Positions 1 through 15,052 of a stretch of 64,000 nucleotides of DNA are shown in pieces. Origin of the DNA: Blasia pusilla. Lineage: Eukaryota. Position numbers and translations under genes: made by a program. The stretch is taken from NCBI GenBank assembly GCA_050084515.1, contig CM114271.1:45322001-45386000 (forward strand). Reading direction: 5' to 3'. The notes below the pieces were generated by a model. That model saw nothing but the letters and a program-made list of their open reading frames with translations. It was not told the origin of the DNA and made no database searches. Every line of letters starts with the position of its first letter. Position 1 is the first letter of the stretch.

Positions 1-1738
1 TTTCCTTTGACAAACAGCAGAATTCGCAAAGAAATTACTGAAAAGGTCAAGGCTATCTTAATGGGTTGACCATCATTGGTGGACGTAATACTACTCTGGA
101 AGATTCTAACAGGGGAGGGTAGAGTCTAAGTTGTATCTACCTTAGATCATTGTTTCGTTGCTCTCGAGGATATTCATGTACCAAGTACCACACGGAAGGA
201 TAGAATTGCAAATGGCTGGATTAAGTATCAAAGTATCTTCTTCCTGTGAATCATATCCGTTTTTAAGTTGTAAATAGTTGTCATTGGCTTCTCCTGTGTC
301 TTTGCGGCTCACATCTACACCTCGTTTTGGACAGTACAACTTTATGCTCAGCAGCATGGACACTGAACTTGTACATTTGATAGTCTAGATAGAAACAGCT
401 CACCTCGAAGGCCATGGAATCAAATACACTCATAGGAATAGATCTGTATAGCCATTGTAGCTGGGGAGGGTGTAACTTCACTTATTAGGTCTAGATTATG
501 TCCATAAATTGTACTATGAGCTTGTCAATCAGAACCCTGGCACCAGATTAAAAATCTGCCCATGGAAGGGTCGATACTAGACCGGGCTATATTTTGACCT
601 CAAATGACGACCGTGCTCTGCTCTCCTTTATCGCTTCTCTTTTCTTCGACACGGCCTGATGTGAAGATGCAACTCTCCTTGCTTAACTAGTTGAGATACG
701 AGGTTTGCTATGTTGTGAGGGTTCTCGTCTTAGGGGGATTTACAGAGAGATTGTGCAGAGCCGTGCTCATCACCTGTCAAGCACATTTGTCTAGTGGAAA
801 CTTCTGTGAAACATCCATCCATTTATGATTTATGGGCCCTCTGTTTGGCCGGAGTGCTGGGGCCGTTAGTCAGTGGTGATGAGAGGCTTAGTGAGAAAGT
901 CGATCTGTCATTTGGATTAGTATCTTCTGGATGAGGTTTTCTACATGGCGTGAGGGTCCTTCGCTCTGTGGTTTTCGACCGTCAAAACATAGGATGAGGC
1001 TCAGTTGGCCCCAGGAGTATCCTTTGCTTCTCAGATTTGGAGGCATGGTAGGCTCTGGCTTCAAGTGGATTCCCTGGGAGCGTCAATGCCTGTCGAGGCT
1101 ATTGTAAGGGACAGAGTTGCAGTGAAACCTTCTCTCCCCACTACTTAGCAGAAGCAAATCTTTCACGTTTAGCGTGCGTTGAACGCGTATCTGTTGTCTT
1201 CTATTCGGATCAGCTTGTATGCGCTTCGCTTCACGTCAGACTTTTGTGTCGACCCTTCGCTGTAAATTGACGAAATCCTGTACGTAAGGGGGTTGCAGAG
1301 TACGAGTGAATTGGAGGCTTATCCCGAATATTCGGGCTGTCGTTGGGGGCTATCGATAGAATGTCTAATTGAATGGTTCAGAGAGGATATCCCCTCGTCT
1401 CGAGTAGTCTGGGATCTTGTAGACAGGACGGGTTATTTACATTCCACTCCAGGTTTATCTGCATGAATGGAAAGATGTCATGAGCTGCAGTGTTCACCAT
1501 GACGCCTTTCTTCATCGGCAGACGTACTTCTTTCTGTGGCGTGGGAGGCAATACCGAAGTAACAGTCGTGATTCCTCTAGCAGACTTCAGGCGAATTTTC
1601 TTGAAGGTCAGTTGGATTTGGCTTTATTGTGCCGGAGCTACGCCAAGATTACAGTCTAGGGAAAGAAGAAACCTCCAGATGCCTCCGATGATCATAGCGA
1701 ACGGGAATATCCTGAACGGATGAATGTGTCGACGACTG

Positions 1739-1817
1739 TTCATCGGTGTATGGTGATGTTACAGGCTCTGTTTGTCTCATCGGCCATTCATCGGTGTATG
1801 GTCATGCTACAGGCTCT
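1739..1817. repeat. Short direct duplication (about 31-bp core, 48-bp period)
   Basis: TTCATCGGTGTATGGTGATGTTACAGGCTCT at 1739 and TTCATCGGTGTATGGTCATGCTACAGGCTCT at 1787. Confidence 0.85.
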
Positions 1818-4800
1818 CGATCGGCGGAGATTTCAATGTGAAAAAGTGCTGCAGGAGTTGATGGAACGGAATATTCCTACTGAGGGATGTTATGCGGATT
1901 TGTGCTGCAGAGTGGAGGCTCTCTGTTGGCACGTTTTATTCCTTTCCTGGGGATCGTCTGGGCCGAAAGGATGATGTTTGTCTACAAGTGAGCTTCAACA
2001 TGATCCGCATCGCGTTCAGGTGATGCTGTTGGCGAACTGAGGAGCTTTGACTTTTAGATCCGTCCCTGAAGACCCCGATCACAATCGAGAGAACTTTAAA
2101 CAAAAACTGCTCCCTGTCTTGATCGTAAGCGCATAGTACGTCGTACCCTAATGCCTATTTCATCGGCGGCGACCATTGAAGTGAAGGATCTTGAATGACC
2201 CTGACTCTGTTCGATTAATGGGAGGATACGCAGAGTCTGTAGGGTTTGTATGCGAACAAAGTCGGTCCGGGAGGTTGGGAAGTGTAGAGGGGCGGGTCCG
2301 CCGGTCGGGGCCGGTGTTCTTGAGTCGAGGGGAAGGTGAGACGTGACGGGTTTGAAGAAATGGCCGAACATTGCAACATTGCAGAGAATATGCCTACTGG
2401 AGTAATGGTTCGTCCGGAAATGTCACGTGGAAAACAGTAAGCATTTAATCCTGAACGATCAGATGTGATTCTCTGAGTCGGATTCGGATGTTTCTGACTG
2501 ACGGCATCTGTGATCTGACCACGGACCGGCGAAGAACATGCTGGTACGATCGATTTTCGGTAATCGATCTCTAGTGATTCTCTACCACCATTCTACGGGA
2601 AGCTCTTGAAGGAACAAATCCTGTACGTGATAAGGTACAATCGGCAAGTAGCACGTTGTTCGCAATCCGAATTTAGTGAATCCTTGCAAGTCAGACCGAT
2701 GTCACTCATGGGAAGCACTGTATGTGAAGGAGTGCATTTTGTATCCATCTCGGAAATTCCATGAACGCGATGCCCGACATCTGTCGTAGCAGTGACTTTA
2801 TGTGATCACAGCGAAGACTGGCAACGGTCTGCCCAATCTCGGTGATGCAAGATATGCAACTCTTCGTCAGAAACATCTGAATCTGACTCGGCGAATCACA
2901 ACTGGTCGTCGACAGACTCGACTTTTACTGCCGGCCCCATCTCCCTCTCCCCCTATGCCTCAAAATCGGTCGGCTTTTTGAAGTCTCAGCCTTATACAAC
3001 CGACGTCTTTTGGAAGTCTGCCATGCGGGTACCATTCCACAGTTCGTCGGCCAAGCTGCCATGTAGAGTGGATAGATACTGGTCAGGTCTAATTAGTCAT
3101 CGAGGAGTCTCTTGGATGTTTGTGCATTGCAGGAGACTGAACATTAATCTACGAAACATGAAGGTCTACATCGACACTAATTCAAGTGCACGAATTCACA
3201 CTTTCCTTCGTGCTTCCTAATCGGTTCCAGAGAAGGACGAGTTGGTGTGGCACTGGTCGGTCATCGTGGAGCGACGTTGGCAGCAGACGGTTGTCAATGT
3301 AATTCACAGTCTCTCCTGAGTTGAGCGGCGAAAAGACCTCGAAGTCTAACACGTACTGGAACGCTCACAGGCAAAGATTTGTAATCATCCATCTCACAGA
3401 TCTCTTTCAGTCTGGATCTGCGACTTAGCAGACCTACTACTTGAGCCGTGAAATGCCAGAACCACTTTGGTAATGTGGAACTGAAGAGGGAACATGTCAA
3501 AGCTGAGCTCCTGAGAAGGCCTGTACAAGACGCCTCCAGAAATGTGCCAGACAATTGTGTGTCACCATTATCGAATTGAATTGGCTGGCATTCTCAAATC
3601 GAGGAGCAAACAGTAAAGCCTAAGGAACAGAATTTCACGGTCACCAATCAGTGATGCGTGATGACTGGTTGCTTGCCTAAGAGTGGGGACAAAGGGGTTT
3701 CTCTCATCCCTTGTATAGGTACTGAGATTTCAGTGTTCAAAAGCGTCACACTCCAAGTCACTACAAGATTTCAAAGCAACTACGCGTCATTGCAAGAGAG
3801 ATCAGTAATGAAATCTGCCAATCTTCAAAACCATTGCACTTCAAGTCACTTAATGCTCAAAGCTTTTACAGTTCATTGAATGAGAGTTCGGGAAGAACGG
3901 AGAAAATTTCGTGCTAGACATCGGATTTTTTCGTGTGAAAGCTGCCACTCGTGTACGTTTTTGGTGGTGTTATTGATGTCGGCAATGTTCGTGCTCAAGA
4001 TCTTCGATTACGGTAAACATAGAAACCATGCTCAAATTCGTGCAATATGACAGCCCCTAAAAAGTGTGATGTATGTACAGAAAATACCTATCAATCATAT
4101 CCGTTCCTTTCTTGTCTAGAAAGGAACGTTTCTTATCTGATAACCTCGTGGAAACTTCACAGCAATCATTGAAGCTCGCGATTGAAGTCTCCATTCAATC
4201 GCTTACTTCTTCTCCCTACTCGATCCTCAAATACGAACTTTGCCGTACTTGTTCTACTATCGATAATCATGATCGCAATACTATGGGACGCATTCCCATC
4301 ACTCTCCCGTAAGTTTGACCACCTCCGCAAAGAATACGACTCTTGTTCGGTGGCCTCATGATCATGGCGACAGTCAAACCTTGAATCTTGAGAAGTTGAG
4401 GACATCGAAGATTTAGGCGCCTCCGCAAGGAATCAATTGTGCACACCGTGCTAAGAAGCAAACAATCTCACAAGGGACCTCTCACGGGTGAGGTGAGGTG
4501 AGGCATGCATGCAGCGCGCATTTTCTGAGACACGGAAGAAAAAGTCTTCAGAAGAGCTTAACCGGAACAGGATGTGGAGTTTTGGCCACGAAGAGAAATC
4601 ACTGAACGTATTCTGAGGTTGTGGTGAGGCAGTTCAAGCAAGTTGATCTCTTGTTTTCGTGTCGGAGAATCCGCCGTGACGCAAGTGATTGGGATGGACG
4701 TCTGTTCGTCTGCACAAGGCAATACGATGGCCACCATGGCAGACATAATATCCCATAGAGTAATTGGTGGAGTTTCTCCAAATTGAGGAATGTTACAGTG

Positions 4801-7261
4801 GTCTTCTTTTGAAGAAGCGGTCAAGGCTTAACTGTGCCCATGACCTCTGCGTGAGTTCAAAGGTCGTGGTAAGGTCGCACTGAATCTCTGAGGTTCCGTA
4901 CCTTACAAATTTGAACAGAAAGCTCAGATCTTCCAGCAGTTGGCAGGTTTATCAGTTGTTTAGACTCCCTGGACAAGGATGGTGAATCCCTTCCTCAATT
5001 CTACAGACATCACTTGCTTGTGTAGGGAGAGGGAGTCCTGTAGTGAGAAAGGGTGGATTTGGTTGAAAAATCAAGTCCGTCTGAGCTTGCCAACGAGGTA
5101 ACTCTGGAGATCGATTGTAATGACAGATCGCACACAACATGTGGAAACACTGCATCTTCCAAGCCCAAGAACAGTCCTGCGGACTACACGCAGCCCTGTG
5201 TTGACAGAAACCTAACAGTGTTCTCTCGGCAGTTGATTACAGTGGCTGAAGTCACGGCTCGTATCCCTGGAATGGTCAGTTTCTTCATCAATCAACATCG
5301 AACACTAGATCCCCCCCCCCCATTTGCTTCTCGTTGTGCGTTGTTGTTCTTGACTCTACTGTATGAATTCATCAAAGAGGAATAGAGTACCGTACTTCCT
5401 AAAGTTCCAGCTCTGACTTCTTGTCTCTGAATTTCAGGTACAATGTTGGGACGATCACAAGACCCCCAAAACATGCTTCAGCAATAGATTCCGTGTCGCA
5501 ATGTGGACGTGACAGTAGGTAGCCTTGGAGGGCCAAGGGCTAAACTTTCTTCTGACGGGTGCTAATCCTAATCCTAACAATCTAGGAGTCTGGACCTTGT
5601 CCGTAGAAGGCCAATTCCATGCGTAGAACTCGAATTGCGACTGGTGTCGTGGGATGCCATCAGAAGCGCGACTTTTGTCTGCGGTAAAGTCGAACTTAGT
5701 AGATGCTAAGAATCTTCCTCCTCTCCAGACCATAGGGGAAGCTTAGCTCTATGAGCAGAAGTGTGCTTACTCTCTGAACGGTGCGGGAATTGCTCGTCTC
5801 GGCACAGAAGCAGTGATCCAATCGAGTTCACATATCCTGATGAGCGTATCATCGGGCGCTCGCGCACTCGTGAACGGGCATCTGCGGAAAGAAAGCAATC
5901 TATCGGAAAAGTGAATGATGATGTACATCGATCTTTTATCTCTGGACATTCAGGTTTCAGGGCTGGAAGCCCCGAAACGTCTAGGCGTAGGTGCCGCGAG
6001 TCGGCTCTCCATTCACCTTCGCAGACGCGTTTCCGAGGTCGTCAATAGAATCCCCTCCGCTGGGAATCACTTGGACCGCCTCCGTCAATGGCACGAAGTC
6101 TACCATTGCAGCCAGTAGATTGCGATGTTGATTTCGTGGGAGCACACGGTGCGTAAACTATGTAGCTCCTCCTCCCCGCAGTATGCGTCTGAGGATCGCA
6201 CGCAGGATGTTCAATACCTAGAGGCTACTATCCGAGTTTCACACCATGCAAGGCGCCCTGCTCTGTCCAATCCGTTTCATCAGAGTGACAGTTAGTTTAC
6301 ACAACTGCCCCATGGCACACCTTACACTGCCTTACACCACGTCATGGAGATACGCGAATACATGTAATAAAGTTTCTCTGCTTGCGCGATGATTCGTTTG
6401 CGAGCGCGCTGCGTCACGGTGAAACACCGGGATTACACCCAAACGTGTTCCAATCATCACTCGGATTTCGTTTCACCATCGGATTGCTCCGCTCTGCAAA
6501 TCAATAAATCGTGTAAAGATCAACTGGAAAACTATACCTGCGGCATGATGCGCGAATTACTTCCATGGTGACGAAATTCGATTCGACCTAGTCTTCTCCT
6601 ACTTTCTCCCTACGCCTACTTACTATCTAGCAATTCATTTCGCCCAAGGACATCTCTGCATCGTAATCAAAAAAGAACATCAGCGGAGCTGAATTCAACG
6701 AACACTTCAACCATCTTGCTTCCCAAACGAAAAGATCCCTCGCGCTGACTTTTTTTCGGGTTCTTTCCTCCGCGAACGACCGTTTCTCGAGCTCCATGAT
6801 TCGGATCTCTTCGTCGCCCGATTGTGTTCGCTATGCGATGAGGCCATTTTGTTCCTTTTCGTGTGTTTGTCCTCTGGGAATTGGGCATTGAATTGTCTTA
6901 ATTTTCGTTTTTAATCTTCGCTATTTATAGTTAGCGTGTCCGCGCTGCGAAACGAAAGATTTTTCGAAATTTTAAAAGAAAATAAATTTTGATTAAAATA
7001 GGTGGTTTTAATTTAATACCATTCATGTATAAATTTTTTATTTCTAGAACCCCATGATAGAAATCGAAATAGCACTTTTTGTATTTGTGTTGATAAAGAA
7101 ACATATCATTTATATTATAATATAATATAAAGAAACATATAATATAGAGAGAGTGTGGATGATGGTCAAAAACATATTTGGACCTTTTGTAGAGTTTTGT
7201 AGTCATAGAACAAATTGGATTTGGATAGGAAATCATGATCGATCTATTGAACCGATGAATA

Positions 7262-8765
7262 TTAGATCTTCAATGATTTCAACATGAAAACACGAATTAT
7301 CAAACATGTCTTATTTATTTGTCCTTTTGGTCCATTCATGTTTCTTAGTAATATGATTGGTGCCCCAACTTCTAAGAACAGAAAATGTGGCAGACTCGAA
7401 GGTAAGCACATATTGAAAAACTCCGTGGGATAACTATGAGACATAACCTTATGAAAAATGGAATCCGTACTAAGATAAACATGCTCCTACACATGCCATA
7501 CGATTGTATCTAAGTTTTCATAAGGTCCATATCATTGTCATGAAGAATTGAAAGCTCTAAGGAAGAAATGGAAAGGCCAACATTTACCACTCCATGGAAT
7601 CGAGACATGACTTTTGTATCGATTGGATCCGAATATCTATTTCTAGGTGTTAAAATAGTAGTATCCCTCAAGAAGTTATGACAAGAAATCGTTCTACATG
7701 AGTCTGATAGATTATATTAATGAGATGGTTGATATTGTTAGTTTTGGATACCTTTTCATCAGGCAACCAAATCATATCTTCCCCCAAATCCTAATGTATA
7801 TGAAGACGACCCTTTCTAACCTCCAACAACCATTTTGCAAATTTTTTTTGATTGGCACGTGAAGGACTTGTGCATAAGCATATACTTCTATTTAGATTTT
7901 TAAAAGTGCAATTTTTGAACTAACTAATGAATACATGTAGAGTATCATTATATAAAAAAATAAAAAATAGAAATATATGATACATTCCGAATTTTTGACT
8001 TTCATATATATATATATATTTGTAAGTTACATCATCCTTACATGAGACCATAAAGCAGATATCTTAAATGTGGCTTGCACAATTTGCAAATAATGACATG
8101 ATAAAAAATGGGAAGGACTTGACGAAAAATCTCCACCAAAAACAATAAGCTTTCCATCCAATCGGACCTCTCTTAAGTCATCAGATACTGATCTTATAAT
8201 ATCTTGGAATCTACAATTGAAAACCTCAAAGACATAACGATTAGTCATAGGTGTTGCCTCCCATACGATATGCTTAGCATTTCAGATGACTTGTGCCTCA
8301 TAATAATTAACTCTTATCCTACAGGATAGAAGGAATGAATCGTTATTTTGGAAGAATTTGAGCTCGTATAAGGAAAAAACCCACAGTTTCAATTTTAGTT
8401 TTACTCTTAGCAAAGGGTTTAAGATTTATTTTTTTTATAAAAATCATTTATGGGTCTAACGGCCTAGGCCCACTTTCTTTTAGTGAATAGAGGCGCGGAT
8501 TTAGCTAAAATGAAAAGTAACTGGAAAAAATCATTGCAAGAGGAAATAGACTTACAAGTGGAACTTTCATCCACATTAATCGGAATCTTGAAGAGAGAAT
8601 GTGCAATACAACCTCCTCCAACAATAAAGTTGCTATCCCATATGAGGTAATAGCCAATGCAATAACTCCTTTACATCTTACACTTTTTTCAGAAAGAGAT
8701 TGTATAGAAATGTTTTCCCTGTTGCACTCGGATCGTTGATAAAAAATAATTTTGCCTAAAAACAA
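7262..8765 (-). pseudogene. Helitron PIF1-family helicase fragments
   Basis: GVIALAITSYGIATLLL (motif Ia), GKLIVFGGDF (motif III), FAKWLLEV..G, YPTEFFN..LP..LEVGAPIILLRNMN. Frameshifts, stops and probable AT-rich introns. Confidence 0.88.
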
Positions 8766-10197
8766 ATGATGAGGTATAAAGTTATTAGATTAGCTATCAT
8801 ATTGATAGTTTACGTGAAGAATATGGAAGAAGTTCATAGAGATAAAAGCTTTCATATCCTTACCAAAGGATGAACATTTTCACTCAACTTTTCAAGTTGC
8901 TCATGCACAAGATCCCAAACATAACGTTGCCCTAGATTCAATAATCCCTCTCCATGCATAGCTTCTTAATATAACTTTTTGTATTATGTACAATCTCATT
9001 GTCCTCAAGATGAGAAGTTGAAATGTTGTCTTCTTGGAAGATGGGTTGGGGCATGACAATCTCTTCCCTTGATCCTCCAAGTGGTAGTGAATATCCAAAA
9101 ATGTATGATTTATGATCTTTGCATTCATAAGAATATCTACAATTCCTATTCTCTATGTACATATATGCAAAGAGCTACCACGTAAGAAGTATGAGAAAAT
9201 AAAAATGTCATGAAAAACTAATTGTTACTTTGGCAAGAAGGAATATGTTTAGGGTTTACTTGAGGTTTGTCATATAAGAGATCCTCAATAAGATGAATTT
9301 GAAACTCATTCCACAATGCAGTCCGCCTATTATTTATGCCAAAATAATGGCAAATAGTTGATAAAACAATCGACCTCCACAAATCTACAAGCTTCTTGCA
9401 ATCAAAGTATAGCTTGCATATCATCCTCTAAGAGTCTTCATTAGATAGCAGCCTCTTTGAAGGTTGGATACTATATTCCATGCATAGTCCTTAAATCTTC
9501 ATATGTGGTTGCACCTCAAATATGATAAAGAAATCACAACCAATGACGTTCATCATCACCCAAGCAAAAAATCTTTCATGATAAAATATTTCAGAAACAA
9601 TACTTAAGGATAAAAAGTGTGGAATATGAGTCTATAAACTCTAAAATGGTTAGGAAAAAATTGATTTATTTAAGATATGTGGTATTTTGGAAGATGTGTA
9701 CCTTGATGAGTGAGATAAGATAACCACAGTCGTGTGGCCCTTGCACATATCGAAACCAAATTTTCTTTTTCCAAGAGTAATCTGAAGGAAACTCAACATA
9801 TCTTAACGGTTGGCTACAAACCATGCCGTGAAATTTTTATTCCTATTTATTTGTAAAATATGTTTCAGGTAGTTCATAATCATTAAAATGTAAAAGTCGT
9901 TAATATGGGAGATGAATAGCCTATCTCACAATACTCGGTTTTTTTTAATGCAAGTTGAACTTGAAAAATTCACCAACATGCTTCTTAAGCTTAAATATAC
10001 CTATGCAAGAAGTAGAAAAAATTAAAAAAATTTATTGGTATGAAAAAGATTTCATCAACATAAAGATTGTTTTCATACGGGCGTAGATAGATGGTTACCT
10101 CACATCTTGATTTTGTGGTGTCTCATCTATAACGTCTGGGACTTGAGTTCTTAGATATCCCAAATATCACAACATCTTATTCCTTATATGGAGATTT

Positions 10198-10950
10198 TTA
10201 TAAGTATTTTAAGACGGATATATTATTTGTGATCTTTAAATTAATTGGACAATCGAATAGAGTGCACAACATAGCATTACATGTCACAACCAAACGATTA
10301 TCCGCACGTTGATTACGCTTCATGATCTTAATGCCATTTTCTAACATGAACATTACCTTGAAAAAGTTAGATAGTTTTATGGTAAAGAAGTCGAAAAGTC
10401 TTCTTAGTAAAAAAAAATGAAGTTGCTCCATATCTACTATACACATCATAGCCCTATTTACTCTCTATACTTTGAGATGAAAAGTGTTTAGGATATCCTT
10501 TAGTACATTTCTTGGTCTTCTTGTCCATAAATGATGCATTTGGATTTAGCACTCCACATAAACTATACATCATAAAATCAAAAACAATACTAAGAAGTCG
10601 TGGATGAGAAGTAGGATTCAAAATTTGTGCAGATATGATTTCATCAAAATTTGGGTTTGTTCTAGGCTTATCATCTTGAGCTAAAATGATTAAAACATGA
10701 GTATGTGGCAAACCCCTCTTTTGAAACTCCACACCATGTGAATGCGTCCAAAAATTTATCCAAAATATCTTTCTTCACCAAGTAGTTGTAACAACTCCTT
10801 TATTTTCTCAAAAATCTTCATGACCAAGGTCAAGTCTAGACTATCCACACGCCTTCTCTCTCTTTTAAGAGTAATATTTTTGATACATAATTCGTTTATG
10901 CGGTTGTGCTTTTGCACGTAAAACCTTTGGAACATCACGTATATCTTCAA
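10198..10950 (-). pseudogene. Helitron Rep (HUH endonuclease) fragments
   Basis: EFQKRGLPHTHVLIIL (HUH motif 2), DEIISAQI, CTKGYPK, DNRLVV. Confidence 0.92.
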
Positions 10951-13900
10951 GATTCAAAATAATTGGAAGTCTAGGAAAAGGGAGAAATAAAATTAATTAA
11001 CATGGGTATGTTGAATTTCATCAACCATTTTGAAAAGAACATGACAAATGGAGGAAGGGGCTACATGCCATCAACAACCACTACTCCACTCCAATCCACT
11101 TTATGGAATATAACGACCTCAAGTAGGAAGAAAATCAATGACCTATTTGTGGAACATCTCCGTTACCAAATTAAACCACCAATTAGTTTAAACCCCCCTA
11201 TTGAAACTAAACCCCAAGAACGTAATCCCCCCCCCCCCAAAAGTGATGTGAGCTTACTCTCCCCCCTACCAATTTTCGAGCTTATTCTCCCACTTATTAT
11301 GAATGAGGGAGTAAGGGAGAAAATAATATCATGTTCCTATTTTGTCTCGTTATCTCACTATCTTGTCTTATTATGTACATAGGATTCTCAATGATAGTAT
11401 AGCTTGGATTTGGTATTTTGGGATTTTATGTCTACACTTCAAACTTGGGCAGCAAGAAAATGGTTTTAACGTTGTAAGCATGAGAGCATCTCCACCCTCT
11501 CCACTAAGTGGAGTAAGCTTAGTTCTTTGGACGTGGGAGCAGGGGCCAAAATATCCAGACTACACATCGAAAAAGGCTCTATATATTATCTGCAAAAAGG
11601 AACAATTTGTAGGATTTGGGAGAGGGCCGGTTCGCCATAAATTTTTTTTCTCCCCACTTCCATGGCGCATGTGAAGGATGGCCATAAGCACGGGGCTTGA
11701 ATCTCAGACTTGAATCTCCAACAGTCCAAACAATTTCTTCTTTACACGCTCAATTGGTGGAAGCAGGGTTCAATCCATGTCGAAATCATGCTATGTACGC
11801 TAGTTTGCTTCACTATCTCCTTCATTGAGAAGAAGCCTCTCGTGTACTTCTTGTGGCTCTTTATGACTTGCGTTCAATGGGACCATACATGCGTGCATCC
11901 ACCCTTTTCACTCTTAACATCGAATAGAAATAGATGACTATCACGTTTATTGGGACCTAACCAAGCTAGGGGCAATTACGTTGGATATATTTTGTACCCA
12001 CATAGAGAGAGAAAGAGTAATTTTATTTTATCACTTTAAGATAAAGTGATAAAAATTTATGCAAATTATCATGAAATTAATGTAAATGAGAAATAAATTC
12101 ATTGATTATCCTCATGCATATTCTCACTCTTTCTTCATAAGTATTAACTAAGCATAAATTTATTTCTTTCAAAGCATGTATTTTTTCCAATTTTACACAA
12201 ATTACTAGGATTTTTTCAATAATGATGGGGAAAATATTGATAAGTAGTAAGCTAGAAATATACTTTTATGGTAGAATACTAGTTTAGAAATCCAATTTTA
12301 AGTTGTAAGACCCTAAAAGAAAATATGTTTAAAAAATCATGTATGAATCAATTCAAGTCACCGTATTACTATTCAAGATAGATAAAGAATCTTGAGACTA
12401 GTAGAGGAAAGGAAAAGGAGGAACAATATAGACTACGAGACCATAAGCCGTTCAATACACAAAATATGGGAACAAGGCGCATGAGAAACGACCCAAATAG
12501 GGAATAACCAAGATAGGTTGGGGTCACCATAAAACTTATCTTAAGCCCATCAAAAGTTTTATGAAGTCCAACCAGCATTTAGGCATAATGAGTTGGAAAA
12601 GACCTTAAGTATTTGGAGTTGGTGTAGAGGGTTTCCATATTTCCATTTTTGACATGTTTTAAGTTGCGACCAAGCATATTCGTGATGCACCTCAAAAGTT
12701 TAGTTACATCCCTCCAAAAAAGGATGAGCAATAGAGGGAGAATGATCAAGGATTCCTAGAGGAACCAATTTAATGGGAAATTGTAGCAAGAGAGAACGTC
12801 TCAAAATTTCTATTTTCCTTAACCTACTAGATTATTTTCTATATGAGAAGATAATGTAATTTTTTACAGAATTTTTTCTATTATTTCGCAGATTTCAATG
12901 CATGAGCACTGAAATTGAAGGAAAAAAATTGGACATAATTTATTGGAACTTTTGGCCAAAAAATGTGATGGGGAGGAATTTTCAAAAAGATCTACCAACA
13001 AAATTAGCTAGAATCTTTGTAGAAAAATTATCACTTGAAATATTTACAAAATAGAAGAAAATAAATTCTAAGAAATTCTAATTCTCTTTTGATGGTGAGG
13101 ATTACATATTTTGTCTATTATCTGGTTTTCCAATTGTCCATTTTTTCTTTATCGTTGTCTTTGTCCATCCATCTGCCAACGTGCATTAAACATGCATAAA
13201 ATTACTAGAAATTTTCTATTTTTCATGCTTATTTTTTGAATTCAATTGAAATTTTTTTCTGCATTCATGAACTTTTAATCTCATATGATTTTCTCTCCAT
13301 CATCCTCTCATAAAATTGATGTTAAAATTTTCAATGAATTGAACAAGTTCTATATACAATCCTCTTAGTGTATTATCTTATATTTTATTTAATATTTGGA
13401 TTCAAGAAGCACTCAATATATTTCCTTTATCTCATGACTTTACTAATAATTTTGACTATACTCTTATAATATAACTTTAATGTTTATAAGTTATGATTCA
13501 CATGGTATCATGTATGATGTAATATAAGATACATGAATATTTTTATGACTTGTGTTTAGGATGCATAAAAACATACAAGTTCTAGGGACTTATCCGTTTT
13601 TTATGCAATCATGCTTATGACTTGTAATTAATGATATCGACTAAGAGACAAAATTGAGTATAAAATTCAACGAAGTAAAAACTTTGGATTCTCCCATCTC
13701 ATCAAGTTAAGAAGAAAATGGATTAAGTATGCCATAAACCAAGAAGGCAAGAGAATTCCATGGAATGTCATCTATCAATTATTATATTAGCATATAAGAT
13801 TAATTCCATTATTGGCTTCCTTAGTGAGGTACGTACCTTCTTCATATGATTTTGCATATAATATCTCAATCCTGAAATCTCTATACATTTAAGGAAGTAA

Positions 13901-15052
13901 GTTTACCACCCTTACAAAAATACTATGTATTTTAGTTCTAGTCCATATATTAATCTATATTTCTCTATATTTCGAGTATGATAAGTCTTCCATAAATGGT
14001 CACACATATCTAAAGCTAATATGGTTAGCCACATAAATTAAAATTTCCCTTGCAAAGAAGAAGTACGTTAATTACTTTATTCTAGAATAGGAATTCTTCC
14101 TATCTAGTTCTTATTTTTATGGTTTATCAAAATTTGAGCCAATCCAAATTCGCACGAATTTATTATCTTTCGAAAATATTTTATGTGATATTTTTAACTT
14201 AGAGTGACATATTTGGGACCAATCACTAGTTCCAATATATGTATACTCTACACATATATTGAGTCACTCTGATTTCCATAAGTAAATATGGTTTCCAAAT
14301 TCATCTTATATATCTATTTAAGAAATTCATAAGAAAGATATCTATATCACGATTATATGTCTATCAATGCTCCGTCCTTTACTTTCCATAGCTCTATGTA
14401 GATTCCAAATGCAAAGGCTCTTTCCACCTAAATATCTTTAAAAATCTCTTATACAAAGCTTTGGAGCTAAGAAATTAAAGGAAAAAAGGATTTAAAGGGA
14501 GTGCAATCTTTAGTTATCTCACTATATCTTATTTTTCTGTTTTATTCTTGTGATGATTTTACTATTATGGGCCCTTAATCATATGTAGATTTAAATTTTT
14601 AAAAATTTTCCGATCTTGCTCTTATTCATTATGTTTTCCATCTTCTAAATTTTGTTTGGGAATTTTCTTTTGAATTTTTTTTTAATGTGGAGTAAATTCT
14701 TGAATCATAACCCACGCACCATTTGTACAATGGGAGAACAAAAAACATAGCATTCTTTTTATGTATTTTCTTAGGTGTCCCCTTGGCCTACTTTCCTTGT
14801 CTAAGTGGCGCCTTCACAAATTGTTTTTGTTACCAGGGCCTCATGATCTACAATTGTCCATTCACGGAATCACGGGAGATTGATTACCGAATAGTCCGAT
14901 TATTATTCTAGTAAAGATGTTTGGACTCTACTTCACAATTTTGATTCATGGTAGGCAAAGTGGTGGGAAACTTGGTTATGAGTGGGAGCACAAGGGATTG
15001 AGCCTTTGAAAGAAATGGATGTGTCTGAAGTCAGCTAAAGGGTTTAAGGTCA

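Larger units (their letters stand above)
6927..11000 (-). mobile_element. Degenerate Helitron (Rep/PIF1 helicase) element
   Basis: Rep and PIF1 helicase fragments in the correct order on the minus strand. Candidate 3' terminus TTCGTTTCGCAGCGCGGACACGCTAACTAT (6956-6927) resembles the hairpin+CTRR end and sits at a sharp AT/GC boundary. The 5' limit is uncertain and may reach about 11700. Confidence 0.85.
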
